Shown: in pieces, positions 14,985 to 26,100 of the stretch
Layout of the letters: the number at the start of each line of letters is the position of its first letter
Position numbering within the stretch: the stretch's first letter is position 1
Assembly (NCBI GenBank): GCA_973851085.1
Contig: OZ316775.1
Span: forward strand, 6,572,001 to 6,636,000
DNA: 64,000 bases
Direction: 5' to 3'
Source: Ptychomitrium polyphyllum
Taxonomy: Eukaryota
Made by a program: the position numbers and the translations under genes
Notes under the pieces: generated by a model
Told to the model about the DNA's origin: nothing
Databases searched by the model: none
What the model saw: the letters and a program-made list of their open reading frames with translations, nothing else

Positions 14985-15598
14985 ACTTATGGACATAAGA
15001 AACTAGAAGCAGAAACAAAGTATTTCCCAAGAATTAGCTTCCAAAGAATTAATGATTAACAAGAACTTGATACAAAGACTAGAACAAGGTAAGATACAAG
15101 ATGATCCACAACTTGTATTGGTAAGAGTGAGGTATACCTTGTCTTCCCTCCTATTTATACTATGACGCTTGTATCTCTTAAGATACTTCTAAAGAAGCTT
15201 CCTACAAGGCTTAAGAATGTTTTAGAAGTCTATGGAACCTTCCCAAGAAGTTCTTAAGATGTTTAGAATCTTCCCTGGGAATTTCATAAGGTGGTGGAAC
15301 CTTCTTAGGAAGTTTCCTAAAGAGCTAGAATCTTTTTGTAAAATTTCCTGAGATAATGGAACCTTCCTAGGAAATTTCTTGAGGTGATAGAACCTTCATA
15401 AGAAATTTCCTGAGGTGATGAAACTTTCCTAGGAAGTTTCCTAAAATGATAGAACCTTCCTAAGAAGTTTCCTGAGGTAGTACAACTTTCTTAGGAAATT
15501 TCCTAAGAATGTTGAAAATATTCTAAGAAGCTACTATAATATATTAGAAAGTTCTAGAAGATTCTAAAGACTATATTGCATGATCTATATCTGTTACA
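14985..15598 (-). mobile_element. Solo LTR (gypsy-type) with an internal 31-bp tandem array
   Basis: Minus strand starts TGTAACAG at 15598 and contains TATAAATAGGAGG. It is colinear with the reverse complement of 24951-25365. Flanks AGTAC/AGTGC resemble a 5-bp TSD with one change; the 3' terminal CA is degenerate. Confidence 0.7.
15235..15510. repeat. 31-bp tandem repeat, about 9 degenerate copies (gaaccttcctaggaaatttcctgaggtgata-like)
   Basis: Unit starts near 15235, 15266, 15297, 15328, 15359, 15390, 15421, 15452 and 15483. Confidence 0.85.
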
Positions 15599-18500
15599 AG
15601 TGCCATATGTAAACTACTCTATTATTATCATATACAACTTAAAAACTTCAAAAGTGTAGTGTGATAAAAAATGGGCTTTTGAAGTAATAGTGATTTTACT
15701 TACAATCTTTGTAAACCTCAAGTTCACCATAATTAATTTTTATGAAAATTTAATAGATATAATTTAAATCAAAATATATTTTGAAGATATTTTATTAAAG
15801 TAAATTAGGTAAAAAAAAAACTATATATTAGGACCTAATTCAAACTTCTCTTCATACTTTTAATTAGCCATTATAACTCGAAGTGGTGTCAAAAATATCA
15901 GTTAAAGTTTATTTTTATATTTTTAATGCAATTCCAAATCTTAGGTCCATTTGCTCCAAATGTAATTTTATCACAAGGATGAATTTAAATACACTTCCAT
16001 TATAGGATGAAATAAGATAGCACTTTTATTATGTTTATTATCAACTAAATTGCTTTATGGATTAAAACCTTTATATTTATTCAAAAGAAAAACTTTAGAA
16101 TTATAAAACCATAAATAATCTTATAAAGTTTATTGTGTGTATAGTGCCCATATCATGTAAGAAATTTGTATTTCCACCTTTTATATAAGATTTCAAATAA
16201 TTGTTTAGAAATATAAGCTTTAGGTAACACCTTGCTTAGTAGTACCAAAACTAAGCCATTCCATTGTTTTCTATCAACAATGGTCTTTGAATACACTAAA
16301 TTGTAGCTTTTTTGAATTTGATATATGCATACATTGGAACAAATGTTTTTGTTATAACGTATTGTTTGTTTGACAATGCCTATAATCAGTCATAAAACTT
16401 TCAATGAAACAACAAAATATGCTTTAATGATACATTTTTATCATTAATTTTGAAAAAGTATTCAAATTCAATTTTGATATTATAATAACTAGAAATATAA
16501 GATAGAAGCATCTATTTTTACTATGTTTTTAATTTTGATATCTATTAAACCTCCAATAAAAATTACACACTAAACTATTGACTCTCTTATATTTATTGAT
16601 GTTGATTTTAATACAAATATAATACAGTAAAATTCAATACAATATAAATCAACAAAAAGTCAAAAAAAAATGATTAAAATGATTTTTAGGTTTTAGTTTA
16701 GAACCTAAAATAAAAACTTGTTAGCAAATGAATTCAACATGTATAAGTATGCTCAAATATTAAAGTGGTGATCATAAATACTTCTATATTGGTGGAGATT
16801 TCATGAATAAAATATAAAATCTTCTAATGCATGTATATAGCCAATTTTAAACCTCACTTTGTGTAATTTACTACCTTACACTTTAGTTTTCATTCATTAG
16901 TTTTCATTCATGTACCTTTCAGTGTGAAACATGAAAATATTCTAGAATGGATGGCCAACATCATTTACCTTTTAAGAAATATAATAATTGTGTAACAAAC
17001 CAGCATACTTGAGATATAGCTTGCCTCCCTATTAAGTAACGTACTGATAGTAGATCTAAAGTAGGGTATCGACTTTTTGGTGGTTTTGTGTAGGCACACT
17101 GACATCTCTGCCCAACAAAGTAGTTGCAACTGACACCTCAGCGGCAAAAAAAAAGATTTGAATAATTGCAGGTGCTGCTTCCTTGAAGTCTGAAAATTGC
17201 AACCTCGCACTGCTGAAGCCATTCCAAGATGGATTCTCAATTTCTCAGCCAAGAACAAAATGATCCAGATTTTACCAAAAGGAGTCAAGACTCCTTTTCG
17301 GACTCTTTAGACGGTCCAAAAGCACTGACACTAACGGAGATCATGATAAGCAGAAATCTAATCCACCTGTTTAAAACTCATTCCCATTCGATTCCACTAT
17401 GAGAACTAGCGATCACAAGAAAAGTCCACAGGATTATAAGGAAGTAATCTTGTCCACTCGTTCACGTACTTGCCTAAGTATCACATGGGTATCATGTTGG
17501 TCTCTGCAAGGATGCGATTGATGCCAAGTATTGTCGTTCCTGAGAGTCATAGTAATTCAGTAAGTCTCAGTAATTTGGAATCAGAATGAACTGTCCCAGT
17601 AACTGAGGATTCTCGTACTACTGTAGGTGTAGTGTGGCCCGCACTTATATTTTAATATCCATTTAATTTCTAATATGATTAAAATAATTCTAACAATTTT
17701 CATTATGTTCATGACGAATTTTCGTCATTGTTTTAGCAAGATATAATCGTAATTTGATGCTTTTAAACAAAATTTCATATTTTCACATTGATTTAACAAG
17801 TCCATATCAAAATAGTGTTAGTATTGGTATAATCTCATACTAATACTAGATCTCATAACAATGATGATAATTGGTGTAGTAGCATTTTTTGTAACACACA
17901 CTCATTAATTGACTTGAATCCAATTATGAAATATACTCATGGATTGTGGGTACAAATGATCATATTCAACTCGTGGACCCGCGGTTATACTTTGCTTCTG
18001 TTACCATGGTTTCATATTAAAAAATTTCATTCTATGCTGCGAGTGTGAATTAGTGCTCTTTTTAAAATTTTGGATAGCTATTCAGGACCAGGTTTATTGA
18101 TCATTACCATCAAACTAGTACGGCGTTAACATGGAGAGGCCCTGACAGCGCAATACTCGAAGACCAGGTTTAGGCGAAAGAAGACAAAGATTTAGGATGA
18201 TAAAGCATGGAAAGGGGAAGGAGAAGAAGGTGAAGGTCAGGACGACAAAGGAAAGAAGTCCACGAAATTTAGCAGGTACAAGTTCCACTGACGACGGAGT
18301 TTCCTCCTACCCGTACGCTTGTATTTTTTCTCATTAAGTAAGGCATACACTTACATACTTAGAATATCATTTCAAACTAGATTGTGGCATGTTGTGGTTT
18401 GCTGAACATCGTATAGTATGTTTTTTTACTAAAGTGAGTCGGCATAGGCTCACTTCCTCAGCAGCATGGGCACGACTGCTTCATAAGCTGAAAGACTCCT

Positions 18501-18809
18501 AGTATGCTTTGTGTTTGGAGGTTTACATTCATGAGGTAGTGGATTAGACTATCCAATCTATATTACTGTATGGAAGTTCTAAAGTTTGTGAAGCGTGTAC
18601 TAGTAGGCTTGATACAAACGTGTGGAACCGGAGAACACAATGTTTGTCAAAAATGACCCTCGCCAGCATGATCGAACCTCCGTTGTTTACTTCACACCCG
18701 CGTCCTGCAATACTTGCCAAGGAGAACATTTGTAATGTTGTCATACGTACATAGGGAGTGTTTCATCCTGGTTGTTTGAATCGGCCATGAAGGTTGGTTT
18801 TATAGTGCC

Positions 18810-18889
18810 GGGTTATACAGGCGGACCCTCTTGGTGACCTTTCTTACTTTTACAATGGTGGGTTATACAAGTAGACCCACTCGGTGATC
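18810..18889. repeat. Imperfect 30-bp direct repeat at 50-bp spacing
   Basis: gggttatacaggcggaccctcttggtgacc (18810) versus gggttatacaagtagacccactcggtgatc (18860). Confidence 0.7.
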
Positions 18890-21149
18890 AGGTTTGTTCA
18901 TTGATACTTAGGTGAGACCAATCAAAGCTGTTGGCACAAGTTAATACGAAGCTGGTGATATGACTTCCGATTGCTCCCTGTAACCCTGAAAACATAAAGC
19001 TGCTGCTCCGGTCTTCTAGAAATGATTATACACAGAAATGTGTAATCAGAGGTTTACAAGCAGCCAGTACGGTTCAGACGACCACCATTGCGAGCAACAA
19101 GGATTAGTATAAGAGGACTTACCAATCCGATAGTGAATATCACAGTTAAGGTGAATCTCGAACAATTACATTAGAAATCGATAGCCAGGCCAATACAGTT
19201 AGGAAATGTCACCAGTGGTCGGGCAACTGACCACAGTAAGAACTTCACCTGGTGGCACACTCAGTATATAATGCTGTTTCTGATTATTTAAGTACGTAAA
19301 AATGATAGCAAGAAAGTAAGGAGTAGAAAACAGTACGTTGGCCATAAAGCTTATAACATCGTCAAAGCTTGACGGAAACTTGCCAGATTCTCCATGGACT
19401 TGGACCATCTTCGACAAAGAATCATTGATAATCAAGGTAGAGCACTTGCCTGAAGTACCAAGGGCAGAAAGCGCGGTCAACGCCCTCAAGTGGGGCGGTT
19501 AAAAAGCAGTGAGCTGTGTGTCCGTCAACACAACAATGCCGCATGGTGCAGCAATGAAAGTATTTGGAGAAGTCCGCTTCATACCCTTACCCGTAGCTGA
19601 CTCCCGCTGCGCCAGCCGCTCCGCCTCCAACTTCCCCCTTGCAACAGCTCGCTCCGACCTTTTCAGGTTCCGCTGGCTACTCCTACTTGTACTACCGAAA
19701 GGCCTTGAAGTCACTGCAACCGCCAGATCTACTGCAGCATTTTCAACATGCGTAACCTCTAAATCCAATTCTTCTTCCGACTCACCAAGACCTTTGACTA
19801 GAAACTCATCAGCAGATAAGACATTGTTTGAAGCAAGCCATGCTGTTTCGTCAACCGGACATGCGCTGTATGGATACTCTAAATACCAACCGCCGGATTT
19901 GAGGTGTGTGAGCTTCCAGGTCTTAAGCATGGTCAGGTCAAACATGCGATTCTTTGAAGATTTATCAATCCAACCAGAGAAAAAATTGGAATGTCACACT
20001 TTTCAATTGCTTTTGCTTGAATCATCTCCTTTGTGATATATGTATCAAGAGAAATAAGACAAATTAGGAAATTAAATGCACTGCAAAGCTTTAAATTAAA
20101 AAAATAATTTGCATATGAGAAAGCAAAGAGGACAAACATGTAAAGCAAAAGCTGTACTGCCTGTTGGATGCCTGGATGACAAACATGCAAAGATGGACGA
20201 CTTGAGAAAAGCGTTCTTGCCGTTGAAGAAATTGAAGAATCCATTGTCCCAAATTTGGATCCTCCACTCTTCAAGTAGTCTCGCAATGAACTGAGGTCCG
20301 TTTGATTGTTGCTAATGACCAGCTCTGAATTCTTCAACAAATCGTCAAAATTCAGCTGTGGCAGCCTCCTCCAACTACGGAACAAACAAAACAAAATCAA
20401 TACATAAACAAATAAGTTTATGCAGAATCTATTAATGCAAAAACATAAAACCAGTCATAAATCATACAAAAACAAGAAAAACTCACCCCTGCATAGAATG
20501 CGGCTTTATTTAGCCGCTCAAAGAGTCAATTGTCAGAAACTGGGGCCTTTGGAAATCGAACACTTGCACGAAGCAAGGGCCTTGCATTCCACCACCTGAG
20601 CCAACAGCCTTTGAACTCTGGAGCTACCGCCGCAGTGGCCATCATTTGGAGCTTCTCAATCGCCATCTCCGACTTCGCCTTAATCTCCCAATGTAGCTTC
20701 ACCTGAAAAAGAAACTCATTACCAAGCGCAGGGTCGGCAACACTAATGGACTTCTGAAACTGACTCAAAAGCTGACGGTGAAGCTTGCGGCATGCGGCGC
20801 GCATGGCTTCAGCTATACCTTTTGCAGTTCGGTCCTCAACAGCAGTATCCTCGTCATACTCACGAGCACCTTCATCTGGTGTCTTGAAGAGCTCTTGCTG
20901 CAACATGACAAGGAGTTTGAGAAAAATCAAATCAACATGGAACAAAAAACCAAACATGAAGTTTAAGAAAAGTGCAAAAATGAATAAAGACCATATCTAA
21001 CATAGGAAAGAGACGAAGACCTCAGCCTATGTTTGTCTCGATAACTAAATGAGCTTAAGGCAATCAAGATCAAGACTTGGTCGCTCTTATTTATATCAGA
21101 AGGTAGCTCATTGTTAGTTTTGTTAGCAACAATTGCATTTGAAATGGAC

Positions 21150-23170
21150 ACTATTGCTACCGACAGTTAGATTATCAATCTAACGAGACTTGTTCTGAGA
21201 TTATGATTCATCAGAGGAACTGACAGTCTCGGCACCAAGAGTTGCATGTGCATTTCCTCAAGGTGTACATACTGTTTTCAACCCCTCTAATCCGTTTAAA
21301 TGCACTGTAGTTGGATCAACATGGAGGCATCAACTACTGGTTAATATGTTAGTTTCGGTCTCGAGGGACTCAAAAGGAGAAACAAATCAAGATACTCGTC
21401 ATTAGCTTGCTCTCTGTTGTCAATGAAAAGTAGTACCAAATAATTTTATAGTCCGAAAACATCAAAGAAATAACACTCTCGGCTTCGAATTTCTGTTATA
21501 ATTCCAAATCGTAAGAAGATCACAATAGTGTAACCAGTACTCTCGGTACCAAGAGTCTCATACTGACAAATCATTGACTTGTACAAAGGTAGTGAGTCAC
21601 TACTACATTGCTCAAATCAAAGGTTGTATACTTACAAGGAACAAGGAATCTAAACGTTACAACTATACTCTCGGCACCAAGAATACATGATTCCCAGGTC
21701 CTTTTTACTCAGAACCTTGCAAAATTTTGTCTTAGGCGCTCACCAGTACTCCTGCACCAAACTCAAAGTATGATACAACATCTTGAAAGATACTCTCGGC
21801 AACCAATGTGTCCCATGCAATCTCTTTGAGACTGTCTTTTTGGTACATCTTAAATAAGAGGCTTGGCACCGAGAGTATCTATAGCGATCCATTTCAAGTA
21901 CTGATAACTAGAAAACCCTAGCTCATTTAGTTATTGAGACAAACAAAAGATGCAATTCTAAAGAACTAAACAACGGTTCATACGAAACCCTTGGTACCGA
22001 GAATTTAATTATCAACCGAAATTAGATTGGATGATTCAACTAAATATTCCCTAATTTCGAAATTACTCTTAGCAGCAGACCATGAAGGCGGCTTATTCTC
22101 CTTATTCTTTTGGTCAGCGCAACCATTGATTAGAAGTTAAAAATCAATGACTGACAAAACAGCAGAATTTCCTCTCCAACTGTCTAGATGCATTACAACA
22201 GACCTTATATCAACAATAGCAGACGGTGTTATTTTAACTCTCGGCACCAAGGGTGTTAAAATAAGATGATTTCCGTATATGTAGCCAGAATGAACATACT
22301 GTGAAAGAATTTAAGAAAACAAAGAACACCAAACTCTTGGTACCAAGAGTAACAAAAGCTCATACTACATAATATAAACAAAAATCAAATTCCTCAAGTT
22401 GAGCTGATAGGGGCTTCAGAATGATCGACATAAACAAGATGAATGTAGTGTAATTGACACTATCGGTGCCGTGAGAAATAATAACTCACACTTATAAAAC
22501 ACCAACACCATACAAGCTTTGTCAAGTTGAATTGAGAGGCACATCAAGATGACCATATTTGAGAAGATGAATGTACTAAATGTGACGCTCTCGGTAACGA
22601 GAACAATCAAAACACACACTCTCATAACACCAACATTAAACAAGTAATCTCAAATTGAGCTAAGAGGCGCATCAAAAAGACCGCTATCCAGAAGGCTAAT
22701 GTAGTGTATAAGACACTCTCAGTGCAAAGAATAACCACAATACTCACACCCATAACACCAACAATAGATAAGTTTAGTCAAATCATCGTATGAAGCACAT
22801 CAGAAAGACCGCTATCGAAAAGGTGATTGTAACGTATATGATAGTCTCGGTGCCGAGAGTAACCAAAACACTCACTCACATAACACCAACACCAAACAAG
22901 TATTCCCAAGTAGAGCTAAGAGACGCATCAGAAGTATCGTCATCGAGAATGCGAACTTAGTGATGTGGACAATTTCGGTACCATGAGTAATTAAATTACA
23001 CAAGACATTATTCCAACACCTCACAAATTTTATTAACTCAAGCTAAGAGCCGCGTCAAACTGACCACCACTAAGAAGATGAATATAGTGTGTTTGAAACT
23101 TTCGGTACCGAGACTAACGAAACTACGGCTGCACTGATCGACTTTCTTTGTAGTTCTCGGCTTCAAAGCA
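21150..23170. repeat. Array of about 18 copies of an 18-bp palindrome (consensus ACTCTCGGTACCGAGAGT)
   Basis: Copies start at 21150, 21225, 21351, 21475, 21539, 21667, 21792, 21859, 21987, 22237, 22333, 22459, 22587, 22715, 22843, 22971, 23098 and 23153; several are degenerate. Many variants are CG>TG/CA transitions. Confidence 0.9.
22333..23115. repeat. About 128-bp diverged tandem repeat (6 units plus the start of a 7th), each unit headed by the palindrome
   Basis: Spacings 126, 128, 128, 128, 128, 127. Internal motifs such as cataacaccaacac, caagttgagctaagaggcgcatcag and gaagatgaatgtagtg recur, with substitutions, in each unit. Confidence 0.9.
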
Positions 23171-24950
23171 ACCAACGCGGCACCTAACAAAACCAAATCC
23201 GAATACCAAAACTATTCAGTTCGTGTACGAGGACACCAGCTGGCAAGGCTTAATAACTTGGACTGCGGATTACACGACGTTCTTTCAGACTGTACGCAAC
23301 TGTCTGAGCATGATTTGCATAACTTAAAACATATTCACTTTATGGTGCAGTCCTAAACTCTCGTTCTCACACTCTCTGGGAGAAACTGCTATACCATGCT
23401 CAGCACTATTGGAACCTCCCGCACGATCTGTTCCCAGAAGTCTCTCTTCCAGTTCCAAACCGCAAACAATCCATCCCTCTCCCGCTTTTGCGTTCTAAAA
23501 TCAAACTTAACCCTTTGAAATGCATAACAAGCGTACTTACCAATTACGTTGCCGTTTGGGTTTCTGGGGACGACAGAACCATTGGCTCCAACTTTTGCGA
23601 AGCCATGGCTACTCCACACTCCTCGCGGTCCATCTCCTCGATTACAGGGAAGTTAACACGACGATGTCAACAATGAGACTTGGAAAGCGTTCTCTTCCCC
23701 TTCCGGCAAAGCAACACTTTGCTACCAAAGACGCTGTGCAAAGGCGATGTGGACAATGGATTCTCTGCCCCTGCGCTTGAGCCTCCTTCCACCTTCTGCT
23801 GCAAACCCTAGACGCTTTGAGTAAAACCACCCAAGAAGCCTACTTCGGCACCAAGACCTTGCCTACTCGTACCGCCCTCGAGGTCGCCGCCGCCAACGTC
23901 AGTTTACGTACACCCGGGTTGGTGTTCGAGATCTTAAACAGTAAAGTCCTCAATGTGTTACTGAAGTCCTCGGTCTTCTACACTCTACGCCGCGCCTTTG
24001 TACTCGAAAACCAAATACAAGACCTTTTCTTTTTCTTCTTGTTCTTGCCTAAACGCTCAACTTCTTCATAGACATTGCATTGACACTGGACTGTGAATTC
24101 TCGCATCATGACAACCACGGTCACTGAGTACATTGCTTGAATGACTTTCTAAATGACCTCCTTCAGTAGGTCCTACTTGAGCACACTAGCAAGAGTGGAA
24201 CACTACACAATAACTTTTCTTGGCTTATAGTTTAATTTCAAGGGGCAATGTACTAATTTCTCTAGTTTCCAATTCAAATAAAGTAAATTTGATCATCCTA
24301 ACAATCATCATCCAAATTCAATAAATATGTCATCAATTCAAAAACCACAATTTCAAATTGTAGTGTATGAGCCAAAGAACACTCTTACTAATTCACACAC
24401 TTATATTTACATGGATTTTTGTTTAAACGTTTTATAGTGTTTGTAAAGGCCCTTTAGCTTATTTTTAACTCTAATGAGCAATTCTAATCTTTGATTGCTA
24501 TTGTAACCTAACAAAAGATGTTTAGCTTAAATTACCCATATAACTAATTTACTATCCACTACCATAGCTAATACCTCTTAATCCTAGCCTTATATTGTCC
24601 TTGAATATATTTTATTACAATTTGATGCTAGGTGCTATGTCCACAATTTTGAAAGCAACCTTAGTCATTAATGAGCACTAAAAGGATCCTAACAGTCAAG
24701 CTAAATTATGTCCCAACCTTGTTGGATTTCCAAAGCACACCAAGTTTATGCAAGAATCAGTGATAAATTTTCATTCTTAATTTAACCATGGAGATTATGG
24801 TGGCAGTTTCTGTTGTACTTTTGCAGCAACAAGTATTACAATGTCTACTAGCGCCTAATTTTGGACATGAACTAGTCCCGACACTTGGCCTTAACCACTT
24901 CTACTCTTTGTAAATGAACTTGGAGTTTGTTACTAATTACAAGACTAGAC

Positions 24951-25365
24951 TGGCATGAATATAGATTATGCAACATAATCTTTAGAATATTCTAGAATCT
25001 TTTGGTACATTTGTAATAGGTTTTTAGAATCCTTTCAATACTATCATAGTCATTTCATTTTCTTAAAAACTTCTTAAGAAAATTCTACTTCTTTAAAAAA
25101 CTTATTGGAAAGGTACTATAGGCTTTTAAAACATTCTTAAGCTTCATAGCAAGCTTGTTTAGAATTATTTTAGGAAATATAAGTGCCATAATATAAATAG
25201 GAGGTAAGAAAAAATGTACCTTAGTTTTGCCAATAGAAGCTATGGATCATGTTTTATAGTGCCTTTCTTTTAGTTTTGGTATCAATTCTTGTTAACCATT
25301 AGTTTATTGGAAGCTAATTCTTAAAAATCACTTTGAGTTTTTTTTTAATTTCTTTTGTTCCTACA
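24951..25365 (+). mobile_element. Solo LTR of the same family as 14985-15598, in opposite orientation
   Basis: TG...CA ends, TATAAATAGGAGG at about 25193, colinear homology with the 15-kb copy, and TAGAC/TAGTC near-perfect 5-bp TSD. It lacks most of the 31-bp units. Confidence 0.75.
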
Positions 25366-25839
25366 TAGTCATTTTATTATACACAAGCATCCAATTCTAT
25401 GCCAAGAAACCATTAGACTTTTGATACTTATATTTTGAATTGTTAATTATGGGACTTCCAACCGAGTTAGCTGAATGTTAGAATTCATGTCCTATTTGCT
25501 TAATCTCTGCTCTATTGCATCCAATTTTGACTAAGAATTCTTATTTTTGTAGCCTTCTTTCATTCAAATTCAACTCTTGGCCTAAATTCTTTCAAACATT
25601 GCTCCAACCCTCCAACAGTTTGTTGCTAAGTATTAAACTATTTTTTGCTGCTAAACCCAACACTTTTCCTTATGCTAACTTGCCAATGCTCTTTCTTGCT
25701 TGTTTAATGTTGCTGCATTTATTTTTAGTATCATCACTAAATTTTTCAATTGCTACACCTAGTCACCACACTTATATTATCTTCAATCTTGACAACACAT
25801 TTCTTATGGTTTAGTTCAGATGCCTTAATCTTATCTCTA

Positions 25840-26100
25840 TATCTTGTTAAAGCTCTTTGTTTTTGATATGTCTTGGAAATACCTTATTATACATCCTAAA
25901 GTCTTGAAGTCTTGCCTTAACGTTACTTTGTCTATAACACTTTGTTGAGACTATTATACAATAACATTTGGATTTGATTTTTCTGAAAAAAGGGTGGATT
26001 ATTCCTCTTTTTGGAAGTATTATAACACTCTAGAGATTGCAAATCACCATCTTATGCACTAATATTGCTTTTGAGATTTCCTAAATATTTTGTTTGTTTA
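25840..26100 (+). mobile_element. Fragment of gypsy LTR 3' part plus leader, homologous to about 31975-32220 reverse-complemented
   Basis: Shared blocks tacatccta, cgttact(t)ttgtctataaca and cactctaga in the same order. Confidence 0.65.

Larger units (their letters stand above)
18544..24110 (-). pseudogene. Decayed multi-exon gene of unknown family, probably TE-borne
   Basis: Phase-consistent exon chain. The 5' exon ends at 23541 (TG|GTAAGT; reading frame unresolved). Exon 20897-20487 (ttgcag| QELFKTPDEG...KAAFYAG |GTGAGT, 137 codons, 1 TGA). Exon 20374-~20160 (ccgtag| LEEAATAEF*RFVEEFRAGH*QQSNGPQFIARLLEEWRIQIWDNGFFNFFNGKNAFLKSSIFACLSSRHPT). Exon 20028-~19337 (GDDSSKSN*KV*HSNFFSGWIDKSSKNRMFDLTMLKTWKL...). 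A further exon near 19280-19123 ends G|GTAAGT, and coding-like sequence continues to about 18544. Outer limits are approximate. Confidence 0.6.

Noticed and set aside
2398..16900. Short ORFs of 60-80 aa in AT-rich DNA
   Set aside because: F/I/K/L/N-biased translations without motifs or splice support; consistent with decayed TE and intergenic sequence.
19509..20036. Plus-strand 175-aa ORF and the 19933-20400 minus-strand ORF as real proteins
   Set aside because: The first is the antisense shadow of the minus-strand exon. The second runs through introns in a frame inconsistent with the splice phases.
21150..23170. CRISPR array
   Set aside because: Eukaryotic context with no cas genes; the repeat is only 18 bp, the spacers are about 110 bp, and the right-hand spacers are homologous to each other.
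24000..24030. CDK-like kinase fragment (VLYLVFEY)
   Set aside because: No other kinase subdomain motifs in the flanks; a chance short match is likely.
17627..24208. CACTA TIRs (GTGTAGTG at 17627, CACTACAC at 24201) bounding the unknown element
   Set aside because: The motifs point outward, the wrong orientation to enclose the interval; the match is only 8 bp and no 3-bp TSD supports it.
14985..25365. The two inverted LTR copies as the ends of one composite element enclosing the unknown gene
   Set aside because: They are inverted rather than direct, and each has its own near-perfect 5-bp TSD, so they are independent solo LTRs.
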